Below, in pieces: positions 15,001-30,000 of a stretch of DNA of 64,000 nt. The DNA is from Eledone cirrhosa. Its lineage: Eukaryota. The DNA lies in the NCBI GenBank assembly GCA_964016885.1, contig OZ024744.1, positions 124,310,001 through 124,374,000 on the forward strand. Reading direction: 5' to 3'. Within the stretch, counting starts at the first letter, position 1. Every line of letters begins with the position of its first letter. The notes beneath the pieces are model-generated. The model had not been told where the DNA came from. It saw only the letters and a list, made by a program, of their open reading frames with translations, and searched no databases. The translations under genes and the position numbers were made by a program.

Positions 15001-18000
15001 GTAATAACTTGTCCAACCCATGACAGGTAGGACAATAGTCTGTAATACCTCGTCCAACCCATGACAGGTAGGACAATAGTCTGTAATAACTTGTCCAAGC
15101 CATGACAGGTAGGACAATAGTCTGTAATAACTTGTCCAACACATGACTGGTAGGACAATAGTCTGTAATAACTTGTCCATCCCATGACAGGTAGGACAAT
15201 AGTCTGTAATAACTTGTCCAACCCATGACAGCTAGGACAATACTCTGTAATAACTTGCCCAACCCATGTATGTAGGACAATAGTCTGTAATAACTTGTCC
15301 AACCCATGACAGGTAGGACGATAGTCTGTAATAACTTGTCCATCCCATGACAGGTAGGACAATAGTCTGTAATAACTTGTCGAACCCATGTATGTAGGAC
15401 AATAGTCTGTAATAAATTGTCCAACCCATGACAGGTAGGACAATAGTCTGTAATAACTTGTCCAACCCATGACAGGTAGGACAATAGTCTGTAATAACTT
15501 GTCCATCCCATGACAGGTAGGACAATAGTCTGTAATAACTTGTCGAACCCATGTATGTAGGACAATAGTCTGTAATAAATTGTCCAACCCATGACAGGTA
15601 GGACAATAGTCTGTAATAACTTGTCCAACCCATGACAGGTAGGACAATAATCTGTAATAACTTGTCTAACCCATGACAGGTAGGACAATAGTCTGTAATA
15701 ACTTGTCCAACCCATGTATGTAGGACAATAGTCTGTAATAACTTGTCCAACCCATGTATGTAGGACAATAGTCTGTAATAATAATTTGTCCAACCCATGT
15801 ATGTAGGACAATAGTCTGTAATAACTTGTCCAACCCATGAAAGGTAGGTCAATAGTCTGTAATAACTTGTCCAACCCATGTATGTAGGACAATAGTCTGT
15901 AATAACTTGTCCAACCCATGGCATGTAGGACAATAGTCTGTAATAACTTGTCCAACCCATGACAGGTAGGACAATAGTCGGTAATACCTTGTCCAACCAA
16001 TGACAGGTAGGACAATAGTCTGTAATAACTTGGCCAACCCATGTATGTAGGACAATAGTCTGTAATAACTTGTCCAACCCATGTATGTAGGACAATAGTC
16101 TGTAATAACTAGTCCAAACCATGACAGGTAGGACAATAGTCTGTAATAACTTGTCCAACCCATGACAGGTAGGACAATAGTCTGTAATAACTTGTCCAAC
16201 CCATGTATGTAGGACAATAGTCTGTAATAACTTGTCCAACCCATGACAGGTAGGACAATAGTGTGTAATAACTTGTCCAACCCATGACAGGTAGGACAAT
16301 AGTCTGTAATAACTTGTCCAACCCATGACAGATAGGACGATAGTCTGTAATAACTTGTCCAACCCATGTATGTAGGTCAATAGCCTGTAATAACTTGTCC
16401 AATCCATGACAGGTAGGACAATAGTCTGTAATAACTTGTCCAACCCATGACAAGTAGGACAATAGTCTGTAATAACTTGTCCAACCCATGTATGTAGGAC
16501 AATAGTCTGTAATAACTTGTCCAACCGATGTATGTACGACAATAGTCTGTAATAACTTGCCTAACCCATGTATGTAGGACAATAGTCTGTAATAACTTGT
16601 CCAACCCATGTATGTAGGACAATAGTCTATAATAACTTGTCCAACCCATGTATGTAGGACAATAGTCTGTAATAACTTGTCCAACCCATGACAGGTAGGA
16701 CAATAGTCTGTAATACCTCGTCCAACCCATGACAGGTAGGACAATAGTCTGTAATAACTTGTCCAACCCATGACAGGTAGGACAATAGTCTGTAATAACT
16801 TGTCCAACCCATGTATGTAGGACAATAGTCTGTAATAACTTGTCCAACCCATGACAGGTAAGACAATAGTCTGTAATAACTTGTCCAACCCATGACAGGT
16901 AGGGCAATAGTCTGTAATAACTTGTCCAACCCATGTATGTAGGACAATAGTCTGTAATAACTTGTCCAACCCATGACAGGTAGGACAATAGTCTGTAATA
17001 ACTTGTCCAGCCCATGCCAGGTAGGACAAAGTCTGTAATAACTTGTCCAACCCATGACAGGTAGGGCAATAGTCTGTAATAACTTGTCCAACCCATGACA
17101 GGTAGGACAATAGTGTGTAATAACTTGTCCAACCCATGACAGGTAGGGCAATAGTCTGTAATAACTTGTCCAACCCATGTATGCAGGACAATAGTCTGTA
17201 ATAACTTGTCCATCCCATGACAGGTAGGACAATAGTCTGTAATAACTTGTCCAACCCATGCATGTAGGACAATAGTCTGTAATAACTTGTCCAACCCATG
17301 TATGTAGGACAATAGTCTGTAATAACTTGTCCAACCTATGACAGGTAGGAAAATAGTCTGTAATAACTTGTCCATCCCATGACAGGTAGGACAATAGTCT
17401 GTAATAACTTGTCCAACCCATGACAGCTAGGACAATAGTCTGTAATAACTTGTCGAACTCATGTATGTAGGACAATAGTCTGTAATAAATTGTCCAACCC
17501 ATGACAGGTAGGACAATAGTCTGTAATAAATTGTCCAACCCATGACAGGTAGGACAATAATCTGTAATAACTTGTCTAACCCATGACTGGTAGGACAATA
17601 GTCTGTAATAATTTGTCCAACCCATGTATGTAGGACAATAGTCTGTAATAACTTGTCCAACCCATGAAAGGTAGGTCAATAGTCTGTAATAACTTGTCCA
17701 ACCCATGTATGTAGGACAATAGTCTGTAATAACTTGTCCAACCCATGTATGTAGGACAATAGTCTGTAATAACTTGTCCAAACCATGACAGGTAGGACAA
17801 TAGTCTGTAATAACTTGTCCAACCCATGACAGGTAGGACAATAGTCTGTAATAACTTGTCCAACCCATGACAGGTAGGACAATAGTCTGTAATAACTTGT
17901 CCAACCCATGACAGGTAAGACAATATTCTGTAATAACTTGTCCAACCCATGTATGTAAGACAATAGTGTGTAATAACTTGTCCAACCCAATTCAGGTAGG

Positions 18001-21000
18001 ACAATAGTCTAATAACTTGTCCAACTCATGACAGGTAGGACGATAGTCTGTAATAACTTGTCCAACCCATGTATTTAGGACAATAGTCTGTAATAACTTG
18101 TCCAAGCCATGACAGGTAGGACAATAGTCTGTAATAACTTGTCCAACACATGACTGGTAGGACAATAGTCTGTAATAACTTGTCCAACCCATGACAGCTA
18201 GGACAATACTCTGTAATAACTTGCCCAACCCATGTATGTAGGACAATAGTCTGTAATAACTTGTCCAACCCATGACAGGTAGGACAATAGTCTGTAATAA
18301 CTTGTCCATCCCATGACAGGTAGGACAATAGTCTGTAATAACTTGTCCAACCCATGACAGCTAGGACAATAGTCTGTAATAACTTGTCCAACCCATGACA
18401 GGTAGGACAATAGTCTGTAATAACTTGTCCAACCCATGTATGTAGGACAATAGTCTGTAATAACTTGTCCAACCCATGTATGTAGGACAATAGTCTGTAA
18501 TAATAATTTGTCCAACCCATGTATGTAGGACAATAGTCTGTAATAACTTGTCCAACCCATGAAAGGTAGGTCAATAGTCTGTAATAACTTGTCCAACCCA
18601 TGTATGTAGGACAATAGTCTGTAATAACTTGTCCAACCCATGGCATGTAGGACAATAGTCTGTAATAACTTGTCCAACCCATGACAGGTAGGACAATAGT
18701 CGGTAATACCTTGTCCAACCAATGACAGGTAGGACAATAGTCTGTAATAACTTGGCCAACCCATGTATGTAGGACAATAGTCTGTAATAACTTGTCCAAC
18801 CCATGTATGTAGGACAATAGTCTGTAATAACTAGTCCAAACCATGACAGGTAGGACAATAGTCGGTAATACCTTGTCCAACCATTGACAGGTAGGAGAAC
18901 AGTCTGTAATAACTTCTCCAACCCATAACAGGTAGGACAATAGTCTGTAATACCTTGTCCAACCAATGACAGGTAGGACAATAGTCTGTAATAACTTGTC
19001 CAACCCATGTATATAGGACAATAGTCTGTAATAACTTGTCCAACCCATGTATGTAGGACAATAGTCTGTAATAACTTGTCCAAACCATGACAGGTAGGAC
19101 AATAGTCTGTAATAACTTGTCCAACCCATGACAGGTAGGACAATAGTCTGTAATAACTTGTCCAACCCATGACAGATAGGACGATAGTCTGTAATAACTT
19201 GTCCAACCCATGTATGTAGGTCAATAGCCTGTAATAACTTGTCCAATCCATGACAGGTAGGACAATAGTCTGTAATAACTTGTCCAACCCATGACAAGTA
19301 GGACAATAGTCTGTAATAACTTGTCCAACCCATGACAGATAGGACGATAGTCTGTAATAACTTGTCCAACCCATGTATGTAGGTCAATAGCCTGTAATAA
19401 CTTGTCCAATCCATGAAAGGTAGGTCAATAGTCTGTAATAACTTGTCCAACCCATGTATGTAGGACAATAGTCTGTAATAACTTGTCCAACCCATGTATG
19501 TAGGACAATAGTCTGTAATAACTTGTCCAAACCATGACAGGTAGGACAATAGTCTGTAATAACTTGTCCAATCCATGACAGGTAGGACAATAGTCTGTAA
19601 TAACTTGTCCAACCCATGACAAGTAGGACAATAGTCTGTAATAACTTGTCCAACCCATGTATGTAGGACAATAGTCTGTAATAACTTGTCCAACCGATGT
19701 ATGTACGACAATAGTCTGTAATAACTTGTCCAACCCATGTATGTAGGACAATAGTCTATAATAACTTGTCCAACCCATGTATGTAGGACAATAGTCTGTA
19801 ATAACTTGTCCAACCCATGACAGGTAGGACAATAGTCTGTAATAACTTGTCCAACCCATGTATGTAGGACAATAGTCTGTAATAACTTGTCCAACCCATG
19901 ACAGGTAGGACAATAGTCTGTAATAACTTGTCCAACCCATGTATGTAGGACAATAGTCTGTAATAACTTGTCCAACCCATGTATGTAGGACAATAGTCTG
20001 TAATAACTTGTGCAACCCATGACAGGTAGGACAATAGTCTGTAATAACTTGTCCAACCCATGTATGTAGGACAATTGTCTGTAATAACTTGTCCAACCCA
20101 TGACAGGTAGGACAATAGTCTGTAATAACTTGTCCAACCCATGTATGTAGGACAATAGTCTGTAATAACTTGTCCAACCCATGACAGGTAGGACAATAGT
20201 CTGTAATAACTTGTCCAACCCATGTATGCAGGACAATAGTCTGTAATAACTTATCCAACCCATGACAGGTAGGACAATAGTCTGTAATAACTTGTCCAAG
20301 CCATGAGAGGTAGGGCAATAGTCTGTAATAACTTGTCCAACCAATGTATGTAGGACAATAGTCTGTAATAACTTGCCCAAACCATGACAGGTAGGACAAT
20401 AGTCTGTAATAACTTGTCCAACCCATGCATGTCGGACAATAGTCTGTAATAACTTGTCCAACCCATGTATGTAGGACAGTAGTCTGTAATAACTTGTCCA
20501 ACCCATGACAGGTAGGACAATAGTCTGTAATAACTTGTCCATCCCATGACAGGTAGGACAATAGTCTGTAATAACTTGTCCAACCCATGACAGCTAGGAC
20601 AATAGTCTGTAATAACTTGTCCAACCCATGACAGCTAGGACAATAGTCTGTAATAACTTGTCCAACCCATGACATGTAGGACAATAGTCTGTAATAACTT
20701 GTCCAACCTATGACAGGTAGGACAATAGTCTGTAATAACTTGTCCAACCCATGACATGTAGGACAATAGTCTGTAATAACTTGTCCAACCCATGACAGGT
20801 AGGACAATAGTCCGTAATAACTTGTCGAACCCATGTATGTAGTACAATAGTCTGTAATAAATTGTCCAACCCATGACGGGTAGGACAATAGTCTGTAATA
20901 ACTTGTCCAACCCATGACAGGTAGTACAATAATCTGTAATAACTTGTCTAACCCATGACAGGTAGGACAATAGTCTGTAATAACTTGTCCAACCCATGTA

Positions 21001-24000
21001 TGTAGGACAATAGTCTGTAATAACTTGTCCAACCCATGTATGTAGGACAATAGTCTGTAATAATAATTTGTCCAACCCATGTATGTAGGACAATAGTCTT
21101 TAATAACTTGTCCAACCCATGAAAGGTAGGTCAATAGTCTGTAATAACTTGTCCAACCCATGTATGTAGGACAATAGTCTGTAATAACTTGTCCAACCCA
21201 TGACATGTAGGACAATAGTCTGTAATAACTTGTCCAACCCATGACAGGTAGGACAATAGTCTGTAATACCTTGTCCAACCAATGACAGGTAGGAGAATAG
21301 TCTGTAATAACTTGTCCAACCCATGACAGGTAGGACAATAGTCTGTAATAACTTGTCCAACCCATGACAAGTAGGACAATAGTCTGTAATAACTTGTCCA
21401 ACCCATGTATGTAGGTCAATAGCCTGTAATAACTTGTCCAACCCATGACAGGTAGGACAATAGTCTGTAATAACTTGTCCAACCCATGACAAGTAGGACA
21501 ATAGTCTGTAATAACTTGTCCAACCCATGTATGTAGGACAATAGTCTGTAATAACTTTTCCAACCCATGTATGTACGACAATAGTCTGTAATAACTTGCC
21601 TGACCCATGTATGTAGGACAATAGTCTGTAATAACTTGTCCAACCCATGTATGTAGGACAATAGTCTATAATAACTTGTTCAACCCATGTATGTAGGACA
21701 ATAGTCTGTAATAACTTGTCCAACCCATGACAGGTAGCACAATAGTGTGTAATAACTTGTCCAACCCATGACAGGTAGGACAATAGTCTGTAATAACTTG
21801 TCCAACCCATGACAGGTAGGACGATAGTCTGTAATAACTTGTCCAACCCATGTATGTAGGTCAATAGCCTGTAATAACTTGTCCAATCCATGACAGGTAG
21901 GACAATAGTCTGTAATAACTTGTCCAACCCATGACAAGTAGGACAATAGTCTGTAATAACTTGTCCAACCCATGTATGTAGGACAATAGTCTGTAATAAC
22001 TTGTCCAACCGATGTATGTACGACAATAGTCTGTAATAACTTGCCTAACCCATGTATGTAGGACAATAGTCTGTAATAACTTGTCCAACCCATGTATGTA
22101 GGACAATAGTCTATAATAACTTGTCCAACCCATGTATGTAGGACAATAGTCTGTAATAACTTGTCCAACCCATGACAGGTAGGACAATAGTCTGTAATAC
22201 CTCGTCCAACCCATGACAGGTAGGACAATAGTCTGTAATAACTTGTCCAACCCATGACAGGTAGGACAATAGTCTTTAATAACTTGTCCAACCCATGTAT
22301 GTAGGATAATAGTCTGTAATAACTTGTCCAACCCATGACAGGTAGGACAATAGTCTGTAATAACTTGTCCAATCCATGTATGTAGGACAATAGTCTGTAA
22401 TAACTTGTCCAACCCATGACAGGTAGGACAATAGTCTGTAATAACTTGTCCAACCCATGTATGTAGGACAATAGTCTGTAATAACTTGTCCAACCCATGA
22501 CAGGTAGGACAATAGTCTGTAATAACTTGTCCAACCCATGACAGGTAGGACAATAGTCTGTAATAACTTGTCTAACCCATGTATGTATGACGATAGTCTG
22601 TAATAACTTGTCCAACCCATGTATGTAGGACAATAGTCTGTAATAACTTGTCCAACCCATGTATGTCGGACAATAGTCTGTAATAACTTGTCTAACCCAT
22701 GTATATAGGACAATAGTCTGTAATAACTTGTCCAACCCATGTATGTAGGACAATAGTCTATAATAACTTGTCCAACCCACGTATGTAGGACAATTGTCTG
22801 TGATAACTTGTCCAACCCATGACAGGTAGGACAATAGTCTGTAATACCTCGTCCAACCCATGACAGGTAGGACAATAGTCTGTAATAACTTGTCCAACCC
22901 ATGACAGGTAGGACAATAGTCTGTAATAACTTGTCCAACCCATGACAGGTAAGACAATAGTCTGTAATAACTTGTCCAACCCATGACAGGTAGGGCAATA
23001 GTCTGTAATAACTTGTCCAACCCATGTATGCAGGACAATAGTCTGTAATAACTTGTCCATCCCATGACAGGTAGGACAATAGTCTGTAATAACTTGTCCA
23101 ACCCATGCATGTAGGACAATAGTCAGTAATAACTTGTCCAACCCATGTATGTAGGACAATAGTCTGTAATAACTTGTCCAACCTATGACAGGTAGGACAA
23201 TAGTCTGTAATAACTTGTCCATCCCATGACAGGTAGGACAATAGTCTGTAATAACTTGTCCAACCCATGACAGCTAGGACAATAGTCTGTAATAACTTGT
23301 CGAACCCATGTATGTAGGACAATAGTCTGTAATAAATTGTTCAACCCATGACAGGTAGGAAAATAGTCTGTAATAACTTGTCCAACCCATGACAGGTAGG
23401 ACAATAATCTGTAATAACTTGTCTAACCCATGACAGGTAGGACAATAGTCTGTAATAATTTGTCCAACCCATGTATGTAGGACAATAGTCTGTAATAACT
23501 TGTCCAACCCATGAAAGGTAGGACAATAGTCTGTAATAACTTGTCCAACCCATGTATGTAGGACAATAGTCTGTAATAACTTGTCCAACCCATGTATGTA
23601 GGACAATAGTCTGTAATAACTTTTCCAACCCATGTATGTAGGACAATAGTCTGTAATAACTTGTCCAAACCATGACAGCTAGGACAATAGTCTGTAATAA
23701 CTTGTCCAACCCATGACAGGTAGGTCAATAGTCTGTAATAACTTGTCCAACCCATGACAGGTAGGACAATAGTCTGTAATAACTTGTCCAACCCATGACA
23801 GGTAAGACAATATTCTGTAATAACTTGTCCAACCCATGTATGTAAGACAATAGTGTGTAATAACTTGTCCAACCCAATTCAGGTAGGACAATAGTCTAAT
23901 AACTTGTCCAACTCATGACAGGTAGGACAATAGTCTGTAATAACTTGTCCAACCCATGTATTTAGGACAATAGTCTGTAATAACTTGTCCAAGCCATGAC

Positions 24001-27000
24001 AGGTAGGACAATAGTCTGTAATAACTTGTCCAACACATGACAGGTAGGACAATAGTCTGTAATAACTTGTCCATCCCATGACAGGTAGGACAATAGTCTG
24101 TTATAACTTGTCCAACCCATGACAGCTAGGACAATACTCTGTAATAACTTGCCCAACCCATGTATGTAGGACAATAGTCTGTAATAACTTGTCCAACCCA
24201 TGACAGGTAGGACAATAGTCTGTAATAACTTGTCCATCCCATGACAGGTAGGACAATAGTCTGTAATAACTTGTCCAACCCATGACAGCTAGGACAATAG
24301 TCTGTAATAACTTGTCCAACCCATGACAGGTAGGACAATAGTCTGTAATAACTTGTCGAACCCATGTATGTAGGACAATAGTCTGTAATAAATTGTCCAA
24401 CCCATGACAGGTAGGACAATAGTCTGTAATAACTTGTCCAACCCATGACAGGTAGGACAATAATCTGTAATAACTTGTCTAACCCATGACAGGTAGGACA
24501 ATAGTCTGTAATAACTTGTCCAACCCATGTATGTAGGACAATAGTCTGTAATAACTTGTCCAACCCATGTATGTAGGACAATAGTCTGTAATAACTTGTC
24601 CAAACCATGACAGGTAGGACAATAGTCTGTAATAACTTGTCCAACCCTTGACAGTTAGGACAATAGTCTGTAATAACTTGTCCAACCCATGTATGTAGGA
24701 CAATAGTCTGTAATAACTTGTCCAACCCATGACAGGTAGGACAATAGTCTGTAATAACTTGTCCAACCCATGACAGGTAGGACGATAGTCTGTAATAACT
24801 TGTCCAACCCATGTATGTAGGTCAATAGCCTGTAATAACTTGTCCAATCCATGACAGGTAGGACAATAGTCTGTAATAACTTGTCCAACCCATGACAAGT
24901 AGGACAATAGTCTGTAATAACTTGTCCAACCCATGTATGTAGGACAATAGTCTGTAATAACTTGTCCAACCGATATATGTACGACAATAGTCTGTAATAA
25001 CTTGCCTAACCCATGTATGTAGGACAATAGTCTGTAATAACTTGTCCAACCCATGTATGTAGGACAATAGTCTATAATAACTTGTCCAACCCATGTATGT
25101 AGGACAATAGTCTGTAATAACTTGTCCAACCCATGACAGGTAGGACAATAGTCTGTAATACCTCGTCCAACCCATGACAGGTAGGACAATAGTCTGTAAT
25201 AACTTGTCCAACCCATGACAGGTAGGACAATAGTCTGTAATAACTTGTCCAACCCATGTATGTAGGACAATAGTCTGTAATAACTTGTCCAACCCATGAC
25301 AGGTAGGACAATAGTCTGTAATAACTTGTCCAACCCATGTATGTAGGACAATAGTCTGTAATAACTTGTCCAACCCATGTATGTAGGACAATAGTCTGTA
25401 ATAACTTGTCCAACCCATGACAGGTAGGACAATAGTCTGTAATAACTTGTCCAACGCATGTATGTAGGACAATAGTCTGTAATAACTTGTCCAACCCATG
25501 ACAGGTAGGACAATAGTCTGTAATAACTTGTCCAACCCATGACAGGTAGGGCAATAGTCTGTAATAACTTGTCCAACCCATGTATGTAGGACAATAGTCT
25601 GTAATAACTTGTCCAACCCATGACAGGTAGGACAATAGTCTGTAATAACTTGTCCAACCCATGTATGCAGGACAATAGTCTGTAATAACTTATCCAACCC
25701 ATGACAGGTAGGACAATAGTCTGTAATAACTTGTCCAACCCATGAGAGGTAGGGCAATAGTCTGTAATAACTTGTCCAACCCATGTATGCAGGACAATAG
25801 TCTGTAATAACTTGCCCAACCCATGACAGGTAGGACAATAGTCTGTAATAACTTGTCCAACCCATGTATGTAGGACAGTAGTCTGTAATAACTTGTCCAA
25901 CCCATGACAGGTAGAACAATAGTCTGTAATAACTTGTCCAACCCATGACAGCTAGGACAATAGTCTGTAATAACTTGTCCAACCCATGACAGATAGGACA
26001 ATAGTCTGTAATAACTTGTCCAACCCATGACATGTAGGACAATAGTCTGTAATAACTTGTCCAACCTATGACAGGTAGGACAATAGTCTGTAATAACTTG
26101 TCCAACCCATGACATGTAGGACAATAGTCTGTAATAACTTGTCCAACCCATGACAGGTAGGACAATAGTCTGTAATAACTTGTCGAACCCATGTATGTAG
26201 TACAATAGTCTGTAATAAATTGTCCAACCCATGACAGGTAGGACAATAGTCTGTAATAACTTGTCCAACCCATGACAGGTAGGACAATAATCTGTAATAA
26301 CTTGTCTAACCCATGACAGGTAGGACAATAGTCTGTAATAACTTGTCCAACCCATGTATGTAGGACAATAGTCTGTAATAACTTGTCCAACCCATGTATG
26401 TAGGACAATAGTCTGTAATAACTTGTCCAACCCATGTATGTAGGACAATAGTCTGTAATAATAATTTGTCCAACCCATGTATGTAGGACAATAGTCTTTA
26501 ATAACTTGTCCAACCCATGAAAGGTAGGTCAATAGTCTGTAATAACTTGTCCAACCCATGTATGTAGGACAATAGTCTGTAATAACTTGTCCAACCCATG
26601 ACATGTAGGACAATAGTCTGTAATAACTTGTCCAACCCATGACAGGTAGGACAATAGTCTGTAATACCTTGTCCAACCAATGACAGGTAGGAGAATGGTC
26701 TGTAATAACTTGTCCAACCCATGACAGGTAGGACAATAATCTGTAATAACTTGTCCAACCCATGACAAGTAGGACAATAGTCTGTAATAACTTGTCCAAC
26801 CCATGTATGTAGGTCAATAGCCTGTAATAACTTGTCCAACCCATGACAGGTAGGACAATAGTCTGTAATAACTTGTCCAACCCATGACAAGTAGGACAAT
26901 AGTCTGTAATAACTTGTCCAACCCATGTATGTAGGACAATAGTCTGTAATAACTTGTCCAACCCATGTATGTACGACAATAGTCTGTAATAACTTGCTTA

Positions 27001-30000
27001 ACCCATGTATGTAGGACAATAGTCTGTAATAACTTGTCCAACCCATGTATGTAGGACAATAGTCTATAATAACTTGTCCAACCCATGTATGTAGAACAAT
27101 AGTCTGTAATAACTTGTCCAACCCATGACAGGTAGGACAAAGGTCTGTAATACCTCGTCCAACCCATGACAGGTAGGACAATAGTCTGTAATAACTTGTC
27201 CAACCCATGACAGGTAGGACAATAGTGTGTAATAACTTGTCCAACCCATGACAGGTAGGACAATAGTCTGTAATAACTTGTCCAACCCATGACAGGTAGG
27301 ACGATAGTCTGTAATAACTTGTCCAACCCATGTATGTAGGTCAATAGCCTGTAATAACTTGTCCAATCCATGACAGGTAGGCCAATAGTCTGTAATAACT
27401 TGTCCAACCCATGACAAGTAGGACAATAGTCTGTAATAACTTGTCCAACCCATGTATGTAGGACAATAGTCTGTAATAACTTGTCCAACCGATGTATGTA
27501 CGACAATAGTCTGTAATAACTTGTCCAACCCATCTATGTAGGACAATAGTCTGTAATAACTTGTCCAACCCATGACAGGTAGGACAATAGTCTGTAATAA
27601 CTTGTCCAACCCATGTATGCAGGACAATAGTCTGTAATAACTTATCCAACCCATGACAGGTAGGACAATAGTCTGTAATAACTTGTCCAACCCATGAGAG
27701 GTAGGGCAATAGTCTGTAATAACTTGTCCAACCCATGTATGCAGGACAATAGTCTGTAATAACTTGCCCAACCCATGACAGGTAGGACAATAGTCTGTAA
27801 TAACTTGTCCAACCCATGTATGTAGGACAGTAGTCTGTAATAACTTGTCCAACCCATGACAGGTAGAACAATTGTCTGTAATAACTTGTCCAACCCATGA
27901 CAGCTAGGACAATAGTCTGTAATAACTTGTCCAACCCATGACAGATAGGACAATAGTCTGTAATAACTTGTCCAACCCATGACATGTAGGACAATAGTCT
28001 GTAATAACTTGTCCAACCTATGACAGGTAGGACAATAGTCTGTAATAACTTGTCCAACCCATGACATGTAGGACAATAGTCTGTAATAACTTGTCCAACC
28101 CATGACAGGTAGGACAATAGTCTGTAATAACTTGTCGAACCCATGTATGTAGTACAATAGTCTGTAATAAATTGTCCAACCCATGACAGGTAGGACAATA
28201 GTCTGTAATAACTTGTCCAACCCATGACAGGTAGGACAATAATCTGTAATAACTTGTCTAACCCATGACAGGTAGGACAATAGTCTGTAATAACTTGTCC
28301 AACCCATGTATGTAGGACAATAGTCTGTAATAACTTGTCCAACCCATGTATGTAGGACAATAGTCTGTAATAATAATTTGTCCAACCCATGTATGTAGGA
28401 CAATAGTCTTTAATAACTTGTCCAACCCATGAAAGGTAGGTCAATAGTCTGTAATAACTTGTCCAACCCATGTATGTAGGACAATAGTCTGTAATAACTT
28501 GTCCAACCCATGACATGTAGGACAATAGTCTGTAATAACTTGTCCAACCCATGACAGGTAGGACAATAGTCTGTAATACCTTGTCCAACCAATGACAGGT
28601 AGGAAAATGGTCTGTAATAACTTGTCCAACCCATGACAGGTAGGACAATAATCTGTAATAACTTGTCCAACCCATGACAAGTAGGACAATAGTCTGTAAT
28701 AACTTGTCCAACCCATGTATGTAGGTCAATAGCCTGTAATAACTTGTCCAACCCATGACAGGTAGGACAATAGTCTGTAATAACTTGTCCAACCCATGAC
28801 AAGTAGGACAATAGTCTGTAATAACTTGTCCAACCCATGTATGTAGGACAATAGTCTGTAATAACTTGTCCAACCCATGTATGTACGACAATATTCTGTA
28901 ATAACTTGCTTAACCCATGTATGTAGGACAATAGTCTGTAATAACTTGTCCAACCCATGTATGTAGGACAATAGTCTATAATAACTTGTCCAACCCATGT
29001 ATGTAGAACAATAGTCTGTAATAACTTGTCCAACCCATGACAGGTAGGACAAAGGTCTGTAATACCTCGTCCAACCCATGACAGGTAGGACAATAGTCTG
29101 TAATAACTTGTCCAACCCATGACAGGTAGGACAATAGTGTGTAATAACTTGTCCAACCCATGACAGGTAGGACAATAGTCTGTAATAACTTGTCCAACCC
29201 ATGACAGGTAGGACGATAGTCTGTAATAACTTGTCCAACCCATGTATGTAGGACAATAGTCTGTAATAACTTGTCCAACCGATGTATGTACGACAATAGT
29301 CTGTAATAACTTGCCTAACCCATGTATGTAGGACAATAGTCTGTAATAACTTGTCCAACCCATGTATGTAGGACAATAGTCTATAATAACTTGTCCAACC
29401 CATGTATGTAGAACAATAGTCTGTAATAACTTGTCCAACCCATGACAGGTAGGACAATAGTCTGTAATACCTCGTCCAACCCATGACAGGTAGGACAATA
29501 GTCTGTAATAACTTGTCCAACCCATGACAGGTAGGACAATAGTCTGTAATAACTTGTCCAACCCATGTATGTAGGACAATAGTCTGTAATAACTTGTCCA
29601 ACCCATGACAGGTAGGACAATAGTCTGTAATAACTTGTCCAACCCATGTATGTAGGACAATAGTCTGTAATAACTTGTCCAACCCATGTATGTAGGACAA
29701 TAGTTTGTAATAACTTGTCCAACCCATGACAGGTAGGACAATAGTCTGTAATAACTTGTCCAACCCATGTATGTAGGACAATAGTCTATAATAACTTGTC
29801 CAACCCATGTATGTAGAACAATAGTCTGTAATAACTTGTCCAACCCATGACAGGTAGGACAAAGGTCTGTAATACCTCGTCCAACCCATGACAGGTAGGA
29901 CAATAGTCTGTAATAACTTGTCCAACCCATGACAGGTAGGACAATAGTGTGTAATAACTTGTCCAACCCATGACAGGTAGGACAATAGTCTGTAATAACT

